A stretch of DNA of 64,000 nt from an uncultured candidate division Zixibacteria bacterium (GTDB taxonomy: Bacteria > Zixibacteria > MSB-5A5 > GN15 > PGXB01), in NCBI GenBank assembly GCA_963702205.1, contig OY969724.1, positions 3,072,001 to 3,136,000 of the forward strand, in the 5' to 3' direction. Of the stretch, positions 37,412-47,257 are shown one piece after another. The notes under the pieces are model-generated. The model did no database searches, was not told the DNA's origin, and saw nothing but the letters and a program-made list of their open reading frames with translations. Position numbers and translations under genes: made by a program. Each line of letters opens with the position of its first letter. The first letter of the stretch is position 1.

Positions 37412-39032
37412 TCAGGAAATATCGGAGGGATCGCTGACGATCCCTTTTATGGCCGAAAGGGCCGCCGTCGCCGCGGATACCGAATAGACGGTACTCCCCC
37501 CAACAATATCAAGGTCGAAATCGCCCTGTCCGAAAGTGGTCAGGCAGACCTCGCCGCTTGACGGTCGGATTTGATTTAAGAAAAATTCGCCGGCACTGCC
37601 GGGATTCATGACGATCGCGCCAGCTTCCAAAAACGCCCGAATCAGACCTTTCTTGACTGCCTCAAGATATATAGGTACGCGACCCGGGAAAGATGTACAG
37701 CTGCGTCTCGCGGTGGACCTGATGGCCTTTGATAATATCCGCCGCCGTCCTGAGATCTTCGAACCGGCCGGTCGTGGCCGAACCGATGATGACGTGATGC
37801 ACAGGTACCTGGACCATTTCTTCGACCGATTTGACGGTGGCGTCGGGGTACGGCCCGATTATCTGAGGCCTGATCTGATCGATGTTTATTTCGTACGATT
37901 CATTGTACACGGCATCCTTGTCGGACAGCGCCGGGCGGAACGGCATGTGCGTCCGGTTCACGAAATAGCGTCGGGTGACGGTATCGAAGGGGCATATAGT
38001 CGTCACCGCCCCGATTTCCTTGGCGATTGTACTTAAGGCAACTCGGTCGGAGATGGACATCTGCGTCACGGCCGTGCCGTAAAATTCGACGGCTTTGCCC
38101 TTCGCGCCGTTCGAGGAGAGCTTGCGCACGATGAACATGGCCACGTCGCGGGCGCACACACCCTGGGGCATTTTCCCGTTGATTATGATCTTGATCGTAT
38201 CCGGAACGATCACGGAATAATTACCGTTGGCCCAGACGGCGGCCATGGCGGGGATGTCGATCTTGATTCCGCAGGCACCGACGGCACCGTACACGGTGGT
38301 CAAAGTATCCGTGCCCAACGCCACCTGGCCGGGCAGCACCAGCCCTTTTTCGATGACAACCTGATGACACACCCCCTCGCGGAAATCGTAGAAGTGCTTG
38401 ATATTCTGCACGCGCACGAAATCGCGGATGGTTTTCTGGTATCCGGCGTGATTGTTATCGGAAAGACGCGAGCGCCAATCCAACGGGATGGCGATCCGGT
38501 TGGCGTTCCAGACGTGGCTGTGGCCGTTGCTTTTAAAAGCGGCGATCACTTCCACGGCGTTGATGTGTGCCATGACCAGGTCGGGCTCGAACGTGACGGT
38601 CTCCCCCGGTGTTATCGATTCACGCCCCGAAGCGCTCGTCATGATTTTTTGTATTATGGTTCGCTGGCCGAAGAGGTGCTTTTTGCCTGCTTTTTTGGCC
38701 GGAGCTCCGAGGTCCAGTTCGAGCTGCTCAAGTTTAAGAAAAGCCGGCTTTTGTTTTATATTATAGCGCCGCCGCCAGTTATAGAAGGCCGCCTTGGAAA
38801 GACTCAGTTCCAGCCCGCAGCGGTAGTCGTCGCCATAACGCTCCCAAAGTTCTTTGATTTCCGCTTCCGAAAACTTCGGAAACGAATGTTTGGGGATATT
38901 TTTTTTGCGACGCCAATAGGCCACCAACTGAGGAGAAACGTTACCGAGACGCTCGGCAATCTTCTCGTCGGTTTTATATAATTTTTGAAGCTGGATCAGC
39001 TCCGCTTTGGTCGGGATTTTCCGCCGGGGCAT
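37412..39032 (-). CDS. Tandem-HTH + LeuC/aconitase large-subunit-like protein; apparent frameshift at about 37675
   Basis: GVCHQV and VEFYG aconitase motifs. Removing one base gives SRTIYLEAVKKGLIRAFLEAG, continuing into ORF 37412-37630 (GEVCLTT...SAATAALSAIKG). Confidence 0.8.
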
Positions 39033-39517
39033 ACCTCGTCAAACCCTTTTTTAAGCATCCCGTAAATCAAATCGTGCCCGAAAGAAACCACCCTCGTTTT
39101 GCCTACGACCGGCATATAGCTGGTATCCTCAGGCCAGCGCGGGACGACGTGCATGTGCATATGGCCGGGGACACCGGCTCCCGAACCGCGACCCATGTTC
39201 ATACCAATATTGAACGATTCGGGGTGGAGTGCTTTCTTTATCGCTTTGACGGTCAGTTGTAAAGTCTGCATCATTTCCAGGGATTCCTCGTCATCAAGAC
39301 GGAGCACGGTGCCGGTATGATGGTATGGTACGACCATGACGTGCCCGGAGTTGTACGGGTACTTGTTCATTATGACGAAAGTCCTGATACCCCTGTAGAC
39401 GATTAAAGCTTTTTTGTCATTTTTCATTTTGAGGGCATTACAGAAAATACATCCTTTTTCCCTGGGGCCAAGAATGTATTCCGCCCGTTCGGGAGCCCAC
39501 AGATATTTTTCGCGCAT
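38996..39517 (-). CDS. HIT family hydrolase
   Basis: LWAPER, CIFC, NKYPYNSGH and HMHMHVVPRW motifs. Confidence 0.93.
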   Translation of the reverse strand: MREKYLWAPERAEYILGPREKGCIFCNALKMKNDKKALIVYRGIRTFVIMNKYPYNSGHVMVVPYHHTGTVLRLDDEESLEMMQTLQLTVKAIKKALHPESFNIGMNMGRGSGAGVPGHMHMHVVPRWPEDTSYMPVVGKTRVVSFGHDLIYGMLKKGFDEVCPGGKSRPKRS

Positions 39518-39592
39518 GAAATGAAGATAAAGAAAATCCGGGCGGATGCCAAATGGTTTCGCGGTTTCTGTGAAAAAACGATCGATTTACGC

Positions 39593-39620
39593 AAAAAAAA
39601 GCCCCTCGCGGACGAGGAGC
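39593..39620 (-). terminator. Intrinsic terminator
   Basis: Minus strand GCTCCTCG-TCCG-CGAGGGGC followed by a T8 run. Confidence 0.65.
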
Positions 39621-39657
39621 GTAAATCAAAAGAAAAACCTATCGGGAAAACGAGCTT

Positions 39658-39726
39658 TCAGCTTTTTTCCTTCTTTTGTTTTTTTGGTTTTTTCTTTTCT
39701 TTCTTAACCGGCACTTTTCCGGGCAT
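39658..39726 (-). CDS. 22-aa Lys-rich small protein MPGKVPVKKEKKKPKKQKKEKS
   Basis: ATG to TGA in frame; GGGAGG 9 nt upstream; terminator downstream. Confidence 0.55.
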   Translation of the reverse strand: MPGKVPVKKEKKKPKKQKKEKS

Positions 39727-39817
39727 AGCGTTCAGCCTCCCAATCAAAGTTGATTGTCTTTTATAGGTACTACAATATTATACCGGTCGGCAACAAAAAG
39801 ATTTAAAAATCTTCGGA

Positions 39818-42751
39818 TCAGTGAATCGTATTCAGATTCTTGAGATCGATATCATACTGCTTGATTTTCAGGCGCAGGGTCGATTCGGGAATATTCAAAA
39901 AGGCCGCGGCGTGCTTCTTTATTCCACCCTGGTTGCGCAGGGCCTGAACAATAAACCTTTTTTCGTATTCGGCCAGATAATCATACAGAGAAAATTCTTT
40001 ATTGAAATTTATATTAGTGTCGATATCGAGGTTCTCAGCTTCAAACGACTCGTTCTGGGCCAGTATTTTGCCCGACAGCAGCGACGGTTCCACCGGCCCG
40101 GATTCTCCGGCGAGCAACACCAGTTTTTTGACTTCGTTTTCCAGTTCACGGACGTTGCCGGGCCATTCAAAGGCCACCATGTATCTCAGAGTTTCCGGCG
40201 CGAATTTGACCCGTCCTTCGGCGAAATGATTCACCAGCAGCGGAATGTCTTCTTTTCTCTCGCGGAGCGGCGGAATTCGGAAACAAAGCGCCGTCAGGCG
40301 ATAATACAAATCGGAACGGAACCGGCCGCCTTCCATCTCGGTCTTGAGGTCTTTGTTAGTAGCCGAGATAATGCGCACGTCGACCTTGCGCGGCCTGGTT
40401 TCGCCCAGGCGGACGATTTCTTTTTCTTCGAGGATACGCAGGACTTTGGCCTGTATTGAAAGCGGCATATCGGCGATTTCATCGAGGAAAAACGTCCCGC
40501 CGTCGGCTTCTTCGAAAAGACCGGTTTTATCCCGGTCGGCCCCAGTGAAGGCGCCTCTCTTGTGACCGAACAACTCCGATTCCAGAAGCGTTTCCGGCAG
40601 TGCGGCACAGTTCACGGAAATGAAGCGTTTCTCCTTGCGGTTGGAGCTGTAATGGATGGTTTTGGCCAGCAGGTCTTTCCCGCAACCGGTCTCGCCGGTG
40701 ATGGAAATGGAAATGTTCGAATCGACCACCTGCTGAACACGCGACAGCATCTCCAGCAAGGCCTTATTGCGAGTCAAAATATTCGGGAATACGGCTTCTT
40801 CCAGCAGTTGGGCCTTCAGCCGCTTGTTGTCTTCTTCGAGCAGGACTTTGTCGTATTCGGCGACTTTGAATGAAATCAGGTCGGCAAAACCGACCACGAA
40901 ATTAAGTTCATTTTGTCCGAACGGAGCCAGATTGCCGTTGGATGACTGCCGGTCCAGATAAATATACCCGGTGACCTCTCCGCCCAGAAGAAGCGGCGTT
41001 ACGATCACGGTCGATACGGCTTTGTCGGCGTCGGCTTTCAGCAGTTCATTGATGAACGGATCGCGACGGCAGTCAAGCAGAAGGGTCGGCTTGTCGGTAT
41101 TGATCTCTTCACCGAGCAAATCGGCCAATTGCTGGACAAATTTCTTTTTCTGGTGATCCGTCAACTGGACGCTTGAAAACAGCTGCGAGCCGTTTTCGTT
41201 TTTCGTATTGTAGACAATAATCCTGTGGGCTCCGGTCCTCTTCGACAGGATATTTATGATCTCCTCAATTTGGCCTGATTTTAATTCCCGGTATTCCGAA
41301 TCGGAGAAGTAATCGCCAAAAATTTTGAATTCGTTTTCAGAGGAGACCGACAGCTCGACCGCCTTACGCGACAAGTCCTGCAGGTAGTGCCGAACGCTCC
41401 TGATTTTAGCTCGCTCGGAAATCTTATCGAAAATCGCCTCGGCTTCGTGCAGTTTGCGGAATCCGAAGGAAATGTCGCCTTTCTGACAGAAATATACACC
41501 CTGATGGAAACGCACCTCGGCCGACCAGTAAAATAGTTTCAGCTTGTTGAACAGCCTGAAGGCCTCGTCGAAAGTCTTTTCAATTTTGCTTCGGGATTTG
41601 TTGCCACAGTTGATATAAATCTGTGCCAGGGTCATCAGTGAACGGGCGATGTCATATTGATCGCCGACCTTGCGGAGCACGTCGAGTCCGTCGAGGGCGT
41701 GATCCACGGCGTTATCGTGATCGCCCCGCAACGAGAATATTCTGGCGATGAGCATCTGGCTCAGCCCGATTTCGCTCGCTTCACCGAGTTTATTGGCCAC
41801 GTCGAGAGCCTTCTGGGCCAGCTTGAGGGCGTCCTCGTGATTGTCGAGTTCCATTTCGATCTGGGCCAGGCGACGGGTGTTCTGCGAAACCATATTGGAA
41901 TCGGGGGCGATGTTGCGCGCTTCGGCGCAGGCCTCGGTAATGATGCCCTTGGCCTTGATTACGTCACCCATTTCGAGAGCCAGCTCGCCTTCGTATTCCT
42001 TGAGGATATTTTCGTCGAGCGGACTGGGATAATCCTTAAGAAGAAGGGCCGCCGATTTTAATTCTCGCGAGGCCATGATGAACTGCCTTTGTCTCAGGTA
42101 AAGATACCCGAGAGACAGATGACCCCGAATAATTGAAATCGTCCGGCCCATTTCGTGAGCCAGCCGGGTAGCGTCGCGCAAATGGCTTTCGGCTTCCGCC
42201 CAGTTCCCGTTGAAAATCTCGATGCGGCCGAGATTACCAACGAGGCGAATCATCCGAAGATTCTCGCCACGGGCGAGTTCGATGGCTTCCATGACGTGCT
42301 TTTTCGCGAGAGCGAAATCGCTCTGGTCATAGGCCAGACGACCCATGCCGCTAAGGGCATCGATCATGCCCTCGCGATCATCACATCGACGGAACGAGGC
42401 ATAAGCATCGCGGACGTGGATTTCAGCTTCGCGCATTTTGCCGATATCGGCATATGCCTTATACAGGAGCCACTGAACTCGTCCGACACGTTTATGATAA
42501 GCGGTGGAGGCGAGCAGGCGGTAAGCGTCCTCGCCGAAAGATACAGCCTTATCATAATCGCCGCCCAGCAAGTAAAAATTGGCAACCAGCGATTTGAAAA
42601 GCCCTGTGCTCTCCGGCCCGGGTTCATAACCCGAGGAGATCAGGCTTTCAATCTGCTGCCCTGCGATCTCGGACTTTCCCTGACGATACAGTTCCTCAAT
42701 TTCCAATAGTCCGGTATCGAGGGTATTTTTAGGGTTTGAGGCAAGGTTCAT
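39818..42751 (-). CDS. Sigma54-dependent activator with TPR repeats, GAF-like domain, AAA+ and HTH
   Basis: GETGCGKD, ESELFGH, GAFTGA, FLDEI, RSDLYYRL and WPGNVRELEN motifs; long N-terminal TPR-like helical region. Confidence 0.92.
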   Translation of the reverse strand: MNLASNPKNTLDTGLLEIEELYRQGKSEIAGQQIESLISSGYEPGPESTGLFKSLVANFYLLGGDYDKAVSFGEDAYRLLASTAYHKRVGRVQWLLYKAYADIGKMREAEIHVRDAYASFRRCDDREGMIDALSGMGRLAYDQSDFALAKKHVMEAIELARGENLRMIRLVGNLGRIEIFNGNWAEAESHLRDATRLAHEMGRTISIIRGHLSLGYLYLRQRQFIMASRELKSAALLLKDYPSPLDENILKEYEGELALEMGDVIKAKGIITEACAEARNIAPDSNMVSQNTRRLAQIEMELDNHEDALKLAQKALDVANKLGEASEIGLSQMLIARIFSLRGDHDNAVDHALDGLDVLRKVGDQYDIARSLMTLAQIYINCGNKSRSKIEKTFDEAFRLFNKLKLFYWSAEVRFHQGVYFCQKGDISFGFRKLHEAEAIFDKISERAKIRSVRHYLQDLSRKAVELSVSSENEFKIFGDYFSDSEYRELKSGQIEEIINILSKRTGAHRIIVYNTKNENGSQLFSSVQLTDHQKKKFVQQLADLLGEEINTDKPTLLLDCRRDPFINELLKADADKAVSTVIVTPLLLGGEVTGYIYLDRQSSNGNLAPFGQNELNFVVGFADLISFKVAEYDKVLLEEDNKRLKAQLLEEAVFPNILTRNKALLEMLSRVQQVVDSNISISITGETGCGKDLLAKTIHYSSNRKEKRFISVNCAALPETLLESELFGHKRGAFTGADRDKTGLFEEADGGTFFLDEIADMPLSIQAKVLRILEEKEIVRLGETRPRKVDVRIISATNKDLKTEMEGGRFRSDLYYRLTALCFRIPPLRERKEDIPLLVNHFAEGRVKFAPETLRYMVAFEWPGNVRELENEVKKLVLLAGESGPVEPSLLSGKILAQNESFEAENLDIDTNINFNKEFSLYDYLAEYEKRFIVQALRNQGGIKKHAAAFLNIPESTLRLKIKQYDIDLKNLNTIH

Positions 42752-42788
42752 AATAGTACTTCGGTTAAATGGCTTTCCTTACATCATA

Positions 42789-43166
42789 CTATTTGACGCT
42801 CACATTCTTTGATCCCGTATTTGCTTGGCCTCGGTTGTTATCGACAGTTACGCCTTTGTAGAGCGTAATTGTTTGGACAATGCAGCGGAAATCGATGTTT
42901 TGGAAAAACCAGATAACGCCAGTACTATATGCACCTGCGTCAGGATCATCCAGATCATCATCCCCATTCGGTGTTGCACCGACATACTCGAGATAACCTC
43001 CGCCATCGCCATCATTACTGCCGACGGTGTCTTCGTCCCACGGGTGTTTATCTGACGTACCCCCGCCGGAAATGGCAACCGGGGCGCTGATGAACACAAA
43101 TGCCAGGATTAGCGCCATAACGAGCGATAATACTTTAGCCAGTTTCATCAAATTCGCCTCCTTCAT
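42789..43166 (-). CDS. Small secreted hypothetical protein
   Basis: Hydrophobic signal peptide followed by a Gly/Asp-rich segment containing KHPWDED; AGAGG RBS. Confidence 0.7.
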   Translation of the reverse strand: MKEANLMKLAKVLSLVMALILAFVFISAPVAISGGGTSDKHPWDEDTVGSNDGDGGGYLEYVGATPNGDDDLDDPDAGAYSTGVIWFFQNIDFRCIVQTITLYKGVTVDNNRGQANTGSKNVSVK

Positions 43167-43270
43167 GATTCAAACCTCTGCCCTTCGTGATGTGTACTTG
43201 TTGTGACATGATGCTTGTCTTTGTCATTGTGCGGCAAGAGGTCTTTCTGGTCGCAATTTTTGCTACATAT

Positions 43271-43299
43271 ATTTTACGTAAACCCTAATACTTTGTCAA
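43271..43299 (-). promoter_or_regulatory. Sigma70-type promoter for the small protein/activator pair
   Basis: Minus strand TTGACA-N17-TAAAAT. Confidence 0.65.
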
Positions 43300-43340
43300 G
43301 CAGAAAGTTTCGGCAACGCAGTTACTGCGCCGAGGTGTTT

Positions 43341-44480
43341 CTATCGGATGAATTTGCGGGCCAGCCAGCTTCGATCGACAAAAACGGCCTTCGATGGACA
43401 TAATTCGTGGCAGCACCAGCAGTTAATGCAGAGATCATAATTATATTGAGGAATATCGCCTTTTATGCCGGTCAGGGCTTTAGTGGGGCAGGATGCAACA
43501 CAGGTATTGCATTTTGTGCAGTCTTCGGACGCTATAGCCGGACGCACCCACACATACGGAGCGATGGCTTTAACCAGAAATTTTGGCAGTAATTCCAGTT
43601 TACGGTTCGACGTAAGGTCAAAATCGGCGATTCTGACATCATTAAGTTTTTGTCCCACAACGTCTATGGCCTCGACAAAACCGATCCCCAACCCGGCGTC
43701 GCTGGCGATACTTATGGTTGGGACCTTCGACGGCTTAAGGCCGATAATTTCACAGGCGACGGCATCGACCGCCACCGTGTCGGTTGAAGTCAGAATAAGG
43801 TCAGTTCGGCGGGGATAACCGGATGACGGACCATCGCCTTCCATGCTCAAAATGGCATCCATGATAGTCAAATTCGGCGGACAGAGAGATAAAATATCGA
43901 CGACTATTTGAGCGAAATCTGTCGGTTTTGGGGCTTCTTTATGATATTTCGCTTTGCGGAAACCGGGAATCAGCCCGAAAATATTTTTTATGGCACCAGT
44001 CATGAGAGTCAACACGTGGGTTTTGAGTTTGGGCAGGCTAATGATAAAATCGGCCTCGACTGCGGGTTTGGCCAGATAATACGACCGGCTGCCTATTTTG
44101 AATTCGACCACACCGGAAGCTTCGAAACTGACCAGCTCCAGACCCTCTCGCTCGGCCATTTCGAGCATGCCGGTTTTGTCCCAGACATGCCGTACGCCGC
44201 GTTTGGCTCCGCCGGGGGAATTGCCGACCATCACTGTTGCGCCAAGCTTTTTGACTTCGCGCGCCACGGCCGCAACAAATTCCGGGTGGGTTGTGATCGC
44301 CCGGTGCGGTTCCTTGGCCGACAGCAGGTTGGGTTTGAGCAGGACTTTCAGGCCCGGTGTGATAAACTGATCGAGCCCGCCGATGAGAGATAATGATTCT
44401 GAGATTCGTTCGGATAGAAGCTCGGGGTTGTACCCTTCGCACCGGGTAATAGCTACTCGTGAGGCTGGTCCGTCAAGCAT
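43341..44480 (-). CDS. DUF362 domain protein with 2x[4Fe-4S] ferredoxin domain
   Basis: LLKPNL, TTHPE, PKLKTH and MEGDGP motifs; CTKCNTCVASCP and CINCWCCHELCP. Confidence 0.88.
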   Translation of the reverse strand: MLDGPASRVAITRCEGYNPELLSERISESLSLIGGLDQFITPGLKVLLKPNLLSAKEPHRAITTHPEFVAAVAREVKKLGATVMVGNSPGGAKRGVRHVWDKTGMLEMAEREGLELVSFEASGVVEFKIGSRSYYLAKPAVEADFIISLPKLKTHVLTLMTGAIKNIFGLIPGFRKAKYHKEAPKPTDFAQIVVDILSLCPPNLTIMDAILSMEGDGPSSGYPRRTDLILTSTDTVAVDAVACEIIGLKPSKVPTISIASDAGLGIGFVEAIDVVGQKLNDVRIADFDLTSNRKLELLPKFLVKAIAPYVWVRPAIASEDCTKCNTCVASCPTKALTGIKGDIPQYNYDLCINCWCCHELCPSKAVFVDRSWLARKFIR

Positions 44481-44530
44481 TTCCCAGAATATACGTCAAG
44501 TGTGAAGAAAAATGAATAAAGAAATTGAAA

Positions 44531-44890
44531 GTAGATCGGGTTCCGAGTTTTCGAGAAACCCGACGTAATTTACAATTACGGGTCAAAGATGTCGGGTTTT
44601 TCATTCCCGTAAAAACGGGAATTCAGAACCCGACCTACTGGAAACTCGAATCTGTCCCGCAGCAAGGGGCTTGTTGAAAAACCAGTAGGTCGGCTTCCGA
44701 ATCCTGACGAAGTCAGGAGAGAAAGCCGACATCTTGTTGTCGGGTTTCTCGTTACGCTTCGCTCCACTCGGAACCCGACCTAATTCTTGCACCATCCGTG
44801 CACTATTTCAACAAGCCTCAAGCTGCGGGCGACCCACTTTTATTAAAAAAGGCAGAATCAATAAGGGGTTCTGCTATGAAGATTGCCTGG
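44531..44890. repeat. Cluster of GTAG/CTAC-ended REP-like hairpins in alternating orientation
   Basis: GTAGATCGGGTT...AACCCGAC; GTCGGGTT...AACCCGACCTAC; GTAGGTCGGCTT...AAGCCGAC; GTCGGGTT...AACCCGACCTA. Related units at about 27791 and 27908. Confidence 0.8.
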
Positions 44891-44896
44891 CGACAA

Positions 44897-45626
44897 CTAA
44901 GAGTTGACCGGAGTTTTGGCGAAATTCAATTTCGTGATATCAATAAATACATCCGATACGATATTTTCAAGCATATCTGCTTTGACGTCCAGATGTTGAT
45001 GTACTTTGTCAATTGCCTTTTTCCATTCTGATTCGGAACGGGGGCCGTGCATTTGATGATCATTGACGAAATATACAAACACCAGACGGGCATCAATATG
45101 GTTAATCTCTTTGAGAAAGTACAAATGCGCCAGCCGGTTGGCGTACTGGTAGGTACGGCTGGGTCCAGTCGGCATCGGGGACGGCTCCGAAATATTTTTT
45201 CGCTTTATCAAGACTTTGCGAAATCAGATCAATTGATGGCTGCGCCTCTGCCTTCATTTGCGACTTAAGCTCCGATGCATGAGCTTTGGCCTCGATAAGC
45301 AGGATTGTACCGCCCCCGATGCGAGCGAGGCCGTCCCAAACCGGACCGTGGGCGGGCCAGAATGATTTGAGAGGTTTCGCGAGTCTAATGCTTAAAAGCT
45401 CGGCGAAAGCTTCATCGCAGTACTCCGAAAATTGATCGTCGGGTAATGGCGAGAGCCATTCAATGTTTTCGTCATTTGCCAGACGCAAACGTTGACGGAT
45501 TCGTTCATTAATACACTCGCGATTAGAAGTTATAATGCTTTGCAGCCAGTACTGGCTCCCATGATCGGCTTTTTTTTGAATAATTTTCGGTATGGATCCT
45601 CCCCTGTGATTAAAAGACGCTGCCAT
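44897..45626 (-). pseudogene. Putative PD-(D/E)xK nuclease-like protein, frameshift at about 45152 (possible sequencing error)
   Basis: GPVWDGLA...LIEAKAH motif; deleting one C gives DWTQPYYQYANRLAHLYFL and joins ORFs 45102-45626 and 44897-45211. Confidence 0.6.
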
Positions 45627-45976
45627 TTATAAGTATCGACAGCTATAGTTCTAAGCGCTACCAAATCGTGCCAAAATATTTAGAAATAGATCCACAAATT
45701 CATTGACAGTTTCTGACTATGTAAGTTTATGTGCAATAAGTTCAATTATTTGAATTCACGCCTCATAATCCGTGGGATTTAAAGGCATAAATTCTAATGT
45801 GACTTATCTCATAAGAAATTTATTGCTCAACAACTCAATCCAATCTATATTTATATAGAAACCAGAATCTGGGGGCATCGTGGACTTGGCAGTCTTTTAA
45901 TGAATCAGATTCTAAAATAGCCCGGTATGAATACTCGACCGGCCACAGGAAAATTAGCATTTGTGTGAGGTTTGTT

Positions 45977-47030
45977 ATGAAAAAGCTATTGTTTGCTTTA
46001 ACGGTCACGGCGTTAATGTCTCTGGTGACTGCGTGCAGCGATAATATCGCCGTCGGTCCGCAGTCTACAGCGGGCGAGCATCTTCTTTATATCGCTCCGG
46101 CCGAAGGTAATATGATCAGGGTTTTTGCGATCGAGCAAGGAACTTTTATCGACTCCTTGGTTATTGACAGCGCTGCTGTCGACGACACTTTACGCTTGCA
46201 TGTTATCGGCGATGATTCACTCTTGACCGTATCGACCAGGACAAAAACATTTATTGTCGATCTCAGGACGAAAAATGTCATCGGATCATTCGAAGCGACG
46301 CATCCGGTATTCAGCCGGGATTCACGGTTTTATTATACGGCAGGGTCGGTGAGAACATTCCCGGGTCAGCAGGAATTATTCAATCAGCCGGGCGGCATAG
46401 CCCAGGCGAGGTTTTGCAATCAGTCGGAGGTCGTCTCGTTCGTGTATTTTTCAACTATCGATACGGCGAAACTGGTTTTATACAACGTCCTCGCCAATTC
46501 GGTCGGCTATTCGATAAAAAAGATTGGCACGTTTGTTCTTGGACTTCAAATGATGTTTTGCACTCCGTATCCGGTTAACAGACTGGACAAGGTCTTTCTT
46601 AATATCGGGAGTCAATACGGGGCAACCGACTTTTTCACGGATACGGTAAGAATTCTGGATGCGGCCTGGATGGGAGACGGCGCCACACATGTGATCAGTC
46701 CCGATGAAAAATATGCCTTTTTTACAGATGTCGGAGCGAAATTTTGGGGCTATGTTCCCACCGGGTACTTATATGTTTTTGACGCCGCAAGCGAGGATTC
46801 TGTTGCCGCCGTCCATTATCAGGGAATAGACCAGTCGGACCTGCTGTTAGTATCGTACGACAGCAAGTACCCTGATCGCCCGCATGCGCTATGATTACGG
46901 CTTTGGGGATAATACGACATTTTGTCTGATTGACGTCAGGGATTTTTCGGTTGTCGGCGCGTATGATTGCGGTTTCCCGCTGGGTGATATTTCGTCGAAA
47001 TACTGTGCGGTCAACGGGTTGGATTATTAG
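45977..47030 (+). CDS. Lipoprotein, beta-propeller-like; apparent frameshift at about 46871
   Basis: Lipobox LVTAC; removing one C gives SKYLIARMRY, open to TAG at 47030. Confidence 0.65.
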
Positions 47031-47132
47031 GTAATGACAAAAACCGGCAGGCGAGGCGGCTGCCAGTCACTCGATTTAAAAAGGCAGAACCGCTACCCTT
47101 CAAAAGATCAGGGTCTTCGAAAGGGTCCTGCC

Positions 47133-47224
47133 CGAAGACTGTCCCATAGCAAGCTATGGGCGACCCATTGCCCTACGAAGACTGTCCCATAACAAGCTAA
47201 GGGCGACCATTTCCCTACGAAGAC
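47133..47224 (+). repeat. Two 42-43 bp tandem units ending CCCTAC
   Basis: CGAAGACTGTCCCATA(G/A)CAAGCTA(T/A)GGGCGACC...CCCTA twice, followed by CGAAGAC. Confidence 0.8.
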
Positions 47225-47257
47225 AAAAATATATTCATGACTTATTTACAATAAACA

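Noticed and set aside
37660..37690. Programmed ribosomal frameshifting in the split genes
   Set aside because: No canonical slippery heptamer at the GTAC-associated sites; the shared context favours sequencing error.
45655..45675. Sigma54 promoter on the minus strand (TTGGCACG)
   Set aside because: The GC lies 12 nt rather than 10 nt after the GG.
47133..47224. Possible mini CRISPR array
   Set aside because: Only two near-identical adjacent units, no unique spacers and no cas genes in the window.
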